Origin: an uncultured Janthinobacterium sp.
GTDB taxonomy: Bacteria > Vulcanimicrobiota > Vulcanimicrobiia > Vulcanimicrobiales > Vulcanimicrobiaceae
NCBI GenBank assembly: GCA_964658025.1
Contig: CAZZXB010000073.1
Location: 1 to 15,585 of the forward strand
Direction of reading: 5' to 3'
DNA: 15,585 nucleotides
Below, piece by piece: positions 1-8,940 of the stretch. Below the pieces are notes generated by a model. That model ran no database searches, had not been told where the DNA came from, and saw only the letters and a list, made by a program, of their open reading frames with translations. The position numbers were made by a program, and so were the translations under genes. Position 1 is the first letter of the stretch; each line of letters starts with the position of its first letter.

Positions 1-734
1 GAAACGATCGCGGCGAGGATCGCCGGTTCGAGCGCGACGATGAGGAAGCCGTACGCGTCGCCCGTGAGGCCGCCGCCCAACCGCGTCGCGATCGTTCGCG
101 CCGCTACGGCCGCGGCGACGAACGCCGCCGCGAACGCGAGCGGCGCGCGCGGTGCGACGCGAGACGATACGGCGAGCGCGACGGCGATTTCGACGCCGAG
201 GACGACGCGCGACGGCTTCGATACGAACGCGCGCGGCACGGACGACGTCCGTGCGTACGGAATCACGAACGCGTTCGTTATCGCCGACAGACGCGAGAGC
301 GCACACGCGGAGGCGAGCGCGAGCGGCAGACGGCTCGGACGGCAACTCGCGAGCGCCGCGAACCCGAACGCGTTCGCGACCGCGAACGCGGCGATCGCGT
401 AGGTCCCGTGACGCGGATCTTTCATGATCTCGAGACGCCGCTGCGGCGACGTCGTCGCGAAGATCGCGTCGCTGCAATCGAGGAAGCCGTCGACGTGAAT
501 CGCGCCCGTCAGGACGATCGGAAGCGCGAAGGCGGTCGCGACGACGAACGGGCGCGGCGCGATCCGCGAGACGAGCCACGCCGCCGTTCCGGAGATGCCG
601 CCGACCGCCGCACCGACGACCGGAAGGGCGAGTAAAGCGGCCGCGTCGGGCGCGGGCTCGAGGGTCTTCGATCCGATCGGAACGATCGAAAAATAACCGA
701 ACGCCGTCCGCAGCGCGGCGAGCGCGCGGTTCAC
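1..734 (-). CDS. cobS: Adenosylcobinamide-GDP ribazoletransferase (cobalamin synthase), 3' end truncated by the window edge
   Basis: Absent from the ORF track; translated by hand. GTG at 734-732 overlaps the cobT TGA (GTGA). Reads MNRALAALRTAFGYFSIVP...LTGAIHVDGFLDCSDAIF...RRLEIMKDPRHGTYA...RLGGGLTGDAYG, with the CobS motifs HxDGxxDxxD, LEIMKDxRxG and GGxTGD. Hydrophobic; no stop before position 1. Confidence 0.95.
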   Translation of the reverse strand, partial: MNRALAALRTAFGYFSIVPIGSKTLEPAPDAAALLALPVVGAAVGGISGTAAWLVSRIAPRPFVVATAFALPIVLTGAIHVDGFLDCSDAIFATTSPQRRLEIMKDPRHGTYAIAAFAVANAFGFAALASCRPSRLPLALASACALSRLSAITNAFVIPYARTSSVPRAFVSKPSRVVLGVEIAVALAVSSRVAPRAPLAFAAAFVAAAVAARTIATRLGGGLTGDAYGFLIVALEPAILAAIV

Positions 735-1825
735 GGCGATTTCGTCGCGACGCCCGCTTCGGCGAAGGTGAACATCTCGGCGATCATCCGACTCGCGGCC
801 TCCACGATCGGAAGCGCGAGCGCGGCGCCCGTTCCCTCGCCCAGACGCAGGCCGAAATCGAAGAGCGGATCGAGGCCGAGCGCCGCGAGCGCGATGCGAT
901 GACCGGGTTCTTGCGAGACGTGCGCGGCGATGCAGTAATCGAGCGCGTCCGGCGCGATCGCGCGCGCCACGAGCGCGGCGGCCGAAACGATGAAGCCGTC
1001 GAGCACGATCGGAACGCGACGACGCGCCGCGGCGAGAATCACGCCCGCGAGTCCGACGATCTCGAATCCGCCGACTTCGGCCGCGACCGTGCGCCCGTCG
1101 CTCGCGTCGAACCGCGCGAGCGCGCGGTCCACGACGGCGGCCTTCCGTGCGAGTCCGTCGTCGTCGATGCCCGTGCCGCGTCCGACCACTTCGTCGACGG
1201 CGGCGTTCGCGAGCGCGGCGACGACGGCGGACGCGCTCGTCGTATTCCCGATGCCCATCTCTCCGAGCGCGACGACGTCGATCGCGCGTCGGGCGAGGAT
1301 CTCCTCGAACGCGGAGATCCCCGCGGCGAGCGCGGCGTCGACGTCGGTCGGCGACATCGCGGGCTCTCGCGCGAGATTCGCGGTGCCGGGACCGATACGG
1401 CGTTCGAGTAAGGACGGATGCGGCGGCGACGCCGCGCGCGTGCCGAAATCGACGACGTAGAGATCCGCGCGGACCGCGCGACAGAACGCGTTGATCGCCG
1501 CGTGACCGCCGACGAACCCCGCGATCATCTGCAGCGTGACCTCGGCGGGATAGGCGCTCACGCCTTCGGCCGTGACGCCGTGATCGGCCGCGCCGACGAT
1601 CGCGACGCGCCGCTCGAGCGCGCGCATGGGCGCGTCGCCCGCGATCGCCGCCAGTCGGACCGCTAACGCTTCGATCCGTCCGAGCGCGCCGAGCGGTTTC
1701 GTGAGCGCGTCGACGCGCGTGCGCGCGCGATCGGCCGCCGCCGCGTCGACGGGAACGATCTCGCGCACGCAGCGCGCGACGTTCGCTGCCGCGATTCCGC
1801 GATCTCTCTGCCATAGCTCGGTCAT
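731..1825 (-). CDS. cobT: Nicotinate-nucleotide--dimethylbenzimidazole phosphoribosyltransferase
   Basis: Motifs LTKPLGALGRIE, AADHGV, GVSAYP, GEMGIGNTT, GRGTG and LRLGEGTGA (catalytic Glu). Start moved from 1861 to the ATG at 1825 (MTELWQ), which follows the purine-rich GGAGAAGAAG. Confidence 0.95.
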   Translation of the reverse strand: MTELWQRDRGIAAANVARCVREIVPVDAAAADRARTRVDALTKPLGALGRIEALAVRLAAIAGDAPMRALERRVAIVGAADHGVTAEGVSAYPAEVTLQMIAGFVGGHAAINAFCRAVRADLYVVDFGTRAASPPHPSLLERRIGPGTANLAREPAMSPTDVDAALAAGISAFEEILARRAIDVVALGEMGIGNTTSASAVVAALANAAVDEVVGRGTGIDDDGLARKAAVVDRALARFDASDGRTVAAEVGGFEIVGLAGVILAAARRRVPIVLDGFIVSAAALVARAIAPDALDYCIAAHVSQEPGHRIALAALGLDPLFDFGLRLGEGTGAALALPIVEAASRMIAEMFTFAEAGVATKSP

Positions 1826-1871
1826 GATCTTCTTCTCCACGTTACGTCTGCCGCGACGCACGGCGCGCGAT

Positions 1872-2489
1872 TCACGGCGTTCGGTCGGTTTTCGTGCGAC
1901 GATCCGGCTTCTCGACGGGCACTCCGAGTTTCGAGACGTCGATCGCGAAACCGTTCACGACGAGATATGCGCGCGAGGCGCGGGCGGCGAGCGTTCGTTG
2001 CAATCGACCGAGCACGTCGCGGAAGACGCGCGCCGATGCGTAGTCCGGCACGATGCCCCAACCCGTCTCCTCGCCGACGACGATCGTCGCGCGCGCCTTC
2101 GAGAGACCGAACGACGCCGCGAGTTCCGCGCACTCCTCGTCGAGCGCGCGTTCGAGATCGACCGGGCGATCGACGAGATCCGGGTGCCCCGCCGACATCC
2201 GATCCGCAAGCCACGTGCCGAGCGACTCGACGAGCAGCACGTCCTTGCGATCCGCGCGACGGATCACCTCGCGTAACTCCGATCGCGCGCCGACGGCGGT
2301 TTCGATCACGTTCCACGCCGTCGGTCGACGGCGACGATGATGTTCGATCCGAGCGCACCACTCGGGATCGTCCGCGCGTTCGGCCGCCGTGGCGACGTAC
2401 GTGACGCGACGCCCCGCTTCCGCCGCGAGGCGCTCCGCGAAGCGACTCTTTCCCGACCGCACCGGACCCGTGACGAGCACGAACGACAT
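1872..2489 (-). CDS. cobU: Bifunctional adenosylcobinamide kinase / adenosylcobinamide-phosphate guanylyltransferase
   Basis: LVTGPVRSGKSRFAE P-loop, YVATA, RIEHHRRRRP, EETGWGIVP and RVFRDVLGRLQ motifs of CobU/CobP; lies next to cobT and cobS. Confidence 0.95.
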   Translation of the reverse strand: MSFVLVTGPVRSGKSRFAERLAAEAGRRVTYVATAAERADDPEWCARIEHHRRRRPTAWNVIETAVGARSELREVIRRADRKDVLLVESLGTWLADRMSAGHPDLVDRPVDLERALDEECAELAASFGLSKARATIVVGEETGWGIVPDYASARVFRDVLGRLQRTLAARASRAYLVVNGFAIDVSKLGVPVEKPDRRTKTDRTP

Positions 2490-2547
2490 CGCGTCGGCTT
2501 AAGACCGTGGAACGGCGAACGCCTGCAGGTTCACGCGCGAAGGACCA

Positions 2548-3072
2548 TCATGCGCGAAGACGTGCCCGGCGCGCACGCGCGATGCGCGCTTCGATCGTCC
2601 CGGTCGCCGCGAAGAGCGCGCCGCCCGCAAGCGCGACGAATGCGTTGCTCGCGAAGATCTGCCCCTCGATCGCCGCAGAAAATCCCGCGAGACCCGCACG
2701 ACTCGCGAGCGCGAAGGCGACGAGCACGGCTTCGTACGCGACGAATCCCGTCGCGAACGCGGCGAGCCGCGCTCGGCGCGTCACGCGTGCCGCGACGATC
2801 GTCGTCGCGCACGTCGCCACGCCCATCGCGACTCCCCACGCGATCGTCATCGCCGCGAGCGGGTATCCGAAGACCGTGAAGCCGAGTATCTGGCTCTCGA
2901 TCCAGACGCCGAGCGCGACGACGAGCGCCGCGCGAAGCGGCAACGTCAGCGCGGCGAGCACGGCGAACGCGACGAGATTCGCGCCGCACGACAGAAGGAG
3001 GTTACTCGCGAGCCCGGCCGCGAGTAGGACGACGGCCCACGTGCCGGAGGTCGGTCGGATGAAGCGGATCAC
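2548..3072 (-). CDS. Uncharacterised integral membrane protein (174 aa, about 5-6 TM helices) inside the B12 operon; candidate transporter
   Basis: GTG start with a strong SD (GAGGAG-N5-GTG), 13 nt after the cbiA stop. Almost entirely hydrophobic segments with an Arg-rich C-terminal tail. The function is inferred from context only. Confidence 0.85.
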   Translation of the reverse strand: MIRFIRPTSGTWAVVLLAAGLASNLLLSCGANLVAFAVLAALTLPLRAALVVALGVWIESQILGFTVFGYPLAAMTIAWGVAMGVATCATTIVAARVTRRARLAAFATGFVAYEAVLVAFALASRAGLAGFSAAIEGQIFASNAFVALAGGALFAATGTIEARIARARRARLRA

Positions 3073-3085
3073 GAAGACTCCTCTG

Positions 3086-4417
3086 CTAGGCGGCCGCGGC
3101 CGCGACGAACCGCGCGATCGACGGATCGCCCGGGAGAAAATGCCGGTGGAAGAACGAGGCGACGCAGCGCGCGCGCACGATTCCGTCCGTGCGATCTTCG
3201 TGCGCGTAAGCGGGCGCTACATCCGAGAGATACGTCGGCGTCGCATAATGGAATTCGTACGCACGCACGGTCGCGCGCGCATCGTCCAGCGGTGACGCGG
3301 TCGCGACCGTCGCCGCGCGATAACCGAGGTGGAGGCGAGGTTCCACGATCGACGTCGCGACGTCGAGCGCCCCCGCCATCGCAAAGGTTCCCGCGCTCGT
3401 CCGCAAGGCCGTCGCCAGGTACATGAAACCGCCGCATTCCGCATACGTCGGCATGCCGTCCGCGATCGCATCGCGTACCGCGGCGCGCATCGCGACGTTC
3501 GCCTCGAGCTCGGGCGCGACGTCTTCGGGATATCCGCCGCCGATCCAGAGCGCGTTGAGATCGCGCGGAAGATCGCGATCGTGGAGCGGAGAAAAAGGGA
3601 CGAGATCGGCGCCCGCCGCGCGAACGGCGTCGAGCGTTTCCGGATAGGTGAACCAGAAAGCGGCGTCTTCCGCGTAGGCGACGCGCGGGCGACGCCCCTC
3701 GCGCGCGATCGTCTCGTCGGTCGGGCGATCGAGCGGCGCGGAACGGCTCGCCGCCACGAGCGATGCGACGTCGAGTCGACTCGCCAATCGATCGGCGAGC
3801 GCGCGCACGGCGCTCGCGCGCGATTCGTACGCCCGACGATCGAGCCCGAGCAAACGCTCGGGGAACGCCAACGCGTCGTGGCGTTCGACGGCCGCTACGA
3901 CGTCGATCCCCACGCGCGCGCACGCACGCGATACCGCCTCCGCGTGCGAGGGACCGCCGACGCGATTCACGATCGCGCCGAGGTGACGGACCTGCGGGTC
4001 GTACGCGCGTAGCCCGAGGGCGACGGCCGCCGCACTCTGCGACGCCGTCCAGGTATCGAGCACGGTCAGAACCGCCGCATCGAGCACGCGCGCCACGCGC
4101 GCGGTCGACGTCGTTCCCGCATCGTCGCCGTCGAAAAGGCCCATCATCCCTTCGATCACGACGACGTCGGCATCGCGCGCGCTCGCCGCGACGTGCCGAC
4201 GCACGCCCGCCTCACCGTCGAGCCAGAGATCGAGATTGCGTGCCGGCGCTCCGAGGGCGCAGACGTAAAGACGCGCGTCGACGTAGTCGGGACCGACCTT
4301 GAACGCCTTCACCCGCAGGCCCGCGTCGCGCAGCACGGCGCAGAGCGCGAGCGCGACGAGCGTCTTCCCCGCTCCGGTTCCGGCGGCGCTGACGACGATG
4401 CGCGACTGCGCGCTCAT
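3086..4417 (-). CDS. cbiA: Cobyrinate / hydrogenobyrinate a,c-diamide synthase (CbiA/CobB)
   Basis: GTGAGKT P-loop, FKVGPDYVD, EGMMGLFDG, AFWFTYPE, GGGYPE, YAECGGFMYL (glutaminase Cys) and EFHY. ATG overlaps the receptor's TGA (ATGA at 4417-4414). Confidence 0.93.
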   Translation of the reverse strand: MSAQSRIVVSAAGTGAGKTLVALALCAVLRDAGLRVKAFKVGPDYVDARLYVCALGAPARNLDLWLDGEAGVRRHVAASARDADVVVIEGMMGLFDGDDAGTTSTARVARVLDAAVLTVLDTWTASQSAAAVALGLRAYDPQVRHLGAIVNRVGGPSHAEAVSRACARVGIDVVAAVERHDALAFPERLLGLDRRAYESRASAVRALADRLASRLDVASLVAASRSAPLDRPTDETIAREGRRPRVAYAEDAAFWFTYPETLDAVRAAGADLVPFSPLHDRDLPRDLNALWIGGGYPEDVAPELEANVAMRAAVRDAIADGMPTYAECGGFMYLATALRTSAGTFAMAGALDVATSIVEPRLHLGYRAATVATASPLDDARATVRAYEFHYATPTYLSDVAPAYAHEDRTDGIVRARCVASFFHRHFLPGDPSIARFVAAAAA

Positions 4418-6396
4418 CTCGTCGATACTTCGACGGTAAAGCGTCGGCCGACGTTGGGATACCCGAAGATCGGCGCTTCGCGATCGTCACCGAGGTTGAA
4501 ACCGCGCACGCTCACGACCGCGGACGGCGCGAACCGATAACGCAGATACGCGTCGAGCGACGAATAGCTGTCGTACCGACCGGTCAACGGCGGCGGTACG
4601 TTCGCCGTGTCGTCGCCGTCGGACCCGACGACGTTGAAACGAACGCCGAACGCCGTGCTCGTCGTGCCGAACGGTTTCGTGATGCCGGCACTCGCCTGAC
4701 CGACCGGTTGACGCGGAAGACGCGCGCCCGTGACGAGATCGAGCGAACGATAGAGATCGGTGAAACTCACGTCGCCGACGATGCCGCGATACGGCGCGGA
4801 GCGCGCCGACACGACGATCCCCGCCGTCGACGCGCGCTGCGCGTTCTGCGGCACGAAATTCGAATCCAGGACGATGAAGTTCGATCCGTTTCGCGCGAAC
4901 CAGCCGACGGAGAGCGATCCGTGCGACGCATCGAACGAGAGCGTCGCGTCGCTGTTCTGCGATTTTTCCGGCAACAGATTCGGATTCGCGTACCCGGGAT
5001 AGTAGAGATCCGTGAGCGTCGGAACCGAGAACGATTCGCTCACGTTGCCCGCGAGGCGCACGTTCTTCGCGGGCCGGAAGACGGCGCCGAACGACGGCGC
5101 GAGAACGCTCCCGGCGGGCGCGTCGTGCTCCGCACGGAGACCGGCCGTTACGCGCGCGCCCTCGAAAGGCGAGGTGCCGACCTGCACGTAGGCCGCGGAC
5201 TGGGCCTGGCTCGCGCCGATCGCGTAGGCGGGCGTCGCGGGCGTCGTCCCGAAGCCCGGCGCGGCCGGAAACGCGAACCGTCCGCTCGAGCGCGAGAGAT
5301 CGATCCCCGCCACGAGATCGGCGCGTTTCGCGCTCACGGCATCCTTGAGCGACAGCTGCGAGCGCCCCCAGACCGTATCGTCGGAACCGAACGACGGATC
5401 GGCGTACGACCCGCGCTGGTCGGCGCCGGAGACGTCGACCGTGAACGTGTTGTCCGCACTCGCGCGCGCGATCTCGACGAGACCCGTGCGGTTCGTCGAA
5501 CGACTCCTCGTGTTCGGCGTGAGGAACGCGAGCGAGTTCGGGACGCCGATATCGAGCGACGCGAGATCGGCACGCGCGCGCGCCGTGAAGCCGAGACCGA
5601 GCGGCACGTTCGCGTCGATGCGCCCGACCGTCTCCCGGCCGTCGGCGTTATCGCGAACGCCGGACGGAAACGCGCACGTGCCGTTCGCGATCGTCTTGCA
5701 GGCGGGTCCGCCGTACGTCAGTGCCGGATACGAATAATCGTTCGTCGCGACGCGCCGTTCGAAACTGCCGCCGATCGTTCCGTTGCCGACGGTCGCACGC
5801 ACGTCGCGGTCGCCGTACGATCCGAGCGATCCCTCCACGTACTCGCCGCGCGGAACGCGCGTGATCACGTTGATGACGCCGCCGCTCGCGCTCGTGCCGT
5901 AGAGCGCCGAGGACGCGCTCTCGACGACTTCGATCCGCTCGACGCCGACCGTCGAGAGTTGTGCGAGGTAGACTTCGGCCGTCGTCGGATCGGCGATCGG
6001 CTGACCGTCGACGAGGACGAGCGTGCGCGCGGAAGTCGCACCGCGGATCCCGTAATCGACCTGCGCGCCGAACGCGCCGTAGGGAAAGAGTTCCACGCCC
6101 GGGACGTTCGCGAGGGCGTCGGCGAGCGTTCGCGCGCCCTCGTCTTCGATCTGCGCGCGCGTCACCACGAACGTAGGACGCGAGGTCTGACCGATCGGTT
6201 CGGAACGGCGATCGCTCGTCGAGACGCGGCCGATCTCCGGTAACGGCGACGCGGACGACGACGGCGATGGCGACGGGGACGGCCGTGCGGAGGCCGAGGG
6301 GATGGCTGCGGGGACCGTCGCGGCGAGTGCGGGCGAACTCGCGCACAACGTGAGAAGCGCCGCTTGCAAGCAGCGTGAGATCGGAGTCGGAGACAC
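4414..6396 (-). CDS. btuB: TonB-dependent outer-membrane receptor, probable vitamin B12/corrinoid transporter
   Basis: Signal peptide and Pro/Ser linker, then plug motifs (LADALANVPGV, IRGATSARTLVLVDG, VERIEVVESASSALYGTSASGGVINVIT) and barrel motifs (PTLTDLY, NPNLLPEKS). First gene after a cobalamin riboswitch; GTG start with SD AAGGTAGG. Substrate inferred from context. Confidence 0.9.
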   Translation of the reverse strand: MSPTPISRCLQAALLTLCASSPALAATVPAAIPSASARPSPSPSPSSSASPLPEIGRVSTSDRRSEPIGQTSRPTFVVTRAQIEDEGARTLADALANVPGVELFPYGAFGAQVDYGIRGATSARTLVLVDGQPIADPTTAEVYLAQLSTVGVERIEVVESASSALYGTSASGGVINVITRVPRGEYVEGSLGSYGDRDVRATVGNGTIGGSFERRVATNDYSYPALTYGGPACKTIANGTCAFPSGVRDNADGRETVGRIDANVPLGLGFTARARADLASLDIGVPNSLAFLTPNTRSRSTNRTGLVEIARASADNTFTVDVSGADQRGSYADPSFGSDDTVWGRSQLSLKDAVSAKRADLVAGIDLSRSSGRFAFPAAPGFGTTPATPAYAIGASQAQSAAYVQVGTSPFEGARVTAGLRAEHDAPAGSVLAPSFGAVFRPAKNVRLAGNVSESFSVPTLTDLYYPGYANPNLLPEKSQNSDATLSFDASHGSLSVGWFARNGSNFIVLDSNFVPQNAQRASTAGIVVSARSAPYRGIVGDVSFTDLYRSLDLVTGARLPRQPVGQASAGITKPFGTTSTAFGVRFNVVGSDGDDTANVPPPLTGRYDSYSSLDAYLRYRFAPSAVVSVRGFNLGDDREAPIFGYPNVGRRFTVEVSTR

Positions 6397-6401
6397 GGAC
6401 G

Positions 6402-6422
6402 CCTACCTTATTGCGAGGTTGG
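6402..6422 (-). promoter_or_regulatory. Riboswitch expression-platform hairpin (P13/L13) sequestering the btuB SD
   Basis: Minus strand CCAACCU-CGCAAUA-AGGUAGG: 6 of 7 stem positions pair and the 3' arm is the SD. Loop CGCAA is complementary to aptamer loop UUGCG (6534-6530). Confidence 0.8.
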
Positions 6423-6433
6423 AGTGAGTAACG

Positions 6434-6571
6434 CGTCCGTTCCAATATCCTGACTTCGCGGATCGTTACCGTGTGCTGCGCGCCTTCCCGATTGCTCAGT
6501 GACGAACAGCGGCTCCCCGCTCACAGTGGCGCAACCGTGCCGGTCTCTCACCGGCTTTCTGGTCACGGACG
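6434..6571 (-). ncRNA. Cobalamin (AdoCbl) riboswitch aptamer
   Basis: Minus strand has AGAAAGCCGGUGAGAGACCGGCACGGUUGCGCCACUGUGA (P4 T-loop, P5, P6), GUCACUG...GGGAAGGC and the B12 box GAAGUCAGGAUA. Closed by the stem CGUCCGU/ACGGACG; directly upstream of a btuB-cob operon. Confidence 0.93.
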
Positions 6572-6712
6572 TATCGCGCTCGTTAGCGACGCGGGCGCGC
6601 TCTCCTTTCTCGCGTGTCGCGATCGCGAGGCGCTCTCGAAAACTCCTCCGACGTCCGTTCGAAGCGCGTCCTCGTTCCCGTCACGCGCGACGTGCGTGGG
6701 TACGCACGAAGG

Positions 6713-7351
6713 ATGGCTACGCTTCTCTTCGTCGAGTCCTCTCCGCGCGACGCGCAATCGGCTTCCACGAGCATCGCGTCGGCGTTCGTCGACGCGTGGC
6801 GCGAACGACATCCGGACGGCACGGTCGACGTCCTCGACGTGTGGGACGGTCGGCTACCCGAGTTCGACGGCGCCGCGCTGCGGGCGAAATATGCCGCGCT
6901 CGCCGGTCGCGATCTCGACGCCGACCAACGCGACGCGTGGTCGACGGTGCTCGCCTACGCCAAACGATTCCGAGATGCCGACGCGATCGTGTTCGCGATC
7001 CCGCTCTGGAACTACACCATTCCGTACAAGCTCAAGCAATTGATCGACGTCGTGGCGCAAAACGGCCTGCTCTTCGATTTTCACGAAGACGGCTCCGTGA
7101 CGGGAAAGCTCGGCGGGAAGAAAACGCTCGTCGTCTACGCCCGCGGCAGCTTCTACGTCGACGGCTCGCCGACGCCCGCAGCCGAGTTCGATCAAGCCAC
7201 GCCGTATATGCGGACGTGGTTTCGGATCATCGGGCTCGACGACGTCGCCGAGATCGCGATCGAAAAAACGTTGATGATGGCGCCGGGCGAGTTGCACGCG
7301 CACGTCGAGGCGAAACGTAGAGAAGCGATCGAACTCGCCGCTCGGTTCTGA
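6713..7351 (+). CDS. azoR: FMN-dependent NADH-azoreductase / quinone reductase (flavodoxin-like fold)
   Basis: MATLLFVESSPR..SAST, ADAIVFAIPLWNYTIPYKLKQLID, GKLGGKK and YARGSFY motifs. Start set at the ATG at 6713 rather than 6614. Confidence 0.9.
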   Translation: MATLLFVESSPRDAQSASTSIASAFVDAWRERHPDGTVDVLDVWDGRLPEFDGAALRAKYAALAGRDLDADQRDAWSTVLAYAKRFRDADAIVFAIPLWNYTIPYKLKQLIDVVAQNGLLFDFHEDGSVTGKLGGKKTLVVYARGSFYVDGSPTPAAEFDQATPYMRTWFRIIGLDDVAEIAIEKTLMMAPGELHAHVEAKRREAIELAARF

Positions 7352-7407
7352 AGCGTCGCGGTTCGTGATTCAACCACCGCGCACCGAACGACATTTCGGC
7401 GAGCGCA

Positions 7408-7453
7408 CGACGGTCCGAGACGGCTTGGTCGGGCGTGCCGTCTCGGACCGTCG
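7408..7453. repeat. Perfect 17-bp inverted repeat between convergent azoR and clpX (terminator or RNA-stabilising hairpin)
   Basis: CGACGGTCCGAGACGGC (7408-7424), a 12-nt loop, then GCCGTCTCGGACCGTCG (7437-7453). No U-tract on either side. Confidence 0.8.
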
Positions 7454-7656
7454 CGGACGACGCCCGAAGGCAGCGCGTTCGAGCGGAGCGGGGCGCATTC
7501 GATCGAACGCGCGAGCGCGAAGACGGCGTCGTACGGCTGATCGTAGGCCCGTCGAACACGTATCCTCGCGGAGACGATACGGGTTCGACCTCTTCGAAAC
7601 GTCTCCGGCGCCGCGCCGTTCTCGAGCGCTACGCTATGCGCGAGCGGCGGTCGGTC

Positions 7657-8916
<1,260 letters not shown>

Positions 8917-8940
8917 GCGCGATCCTTCTTACCTTCTTCG

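Noticed and set aside
40..635. Plus-strand ORFs at the window start
   Set aside because: They lie opposite cobS, which is clearly the real gene and was missed by the track because its stop is outside the window.
4708..6243. 511-aa plus-strand ORF opposite btuB
   Set aside because: Antisense shadow ORF typical of GC-rich codon bias; Arg-rich, no motifs.
6257..6300. GACG/GGCG-rich repeat-like tract
   Set aside because: It encodes the Pro/Ser linker of the receptor; not a CRISPR or an independent repeat.
6575..6660. Promoter for the B12 operon (AAAGGA...GCTAAC-like elements on the minus strand)
   Set aside because: No convincing match to a consensus I can support.
7579..7595. GGTTCGA T-loop-like motif suggesting a tRNA remnant
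   Set aside because: The flanks do not form a T-stem and there is no cloverleaf.
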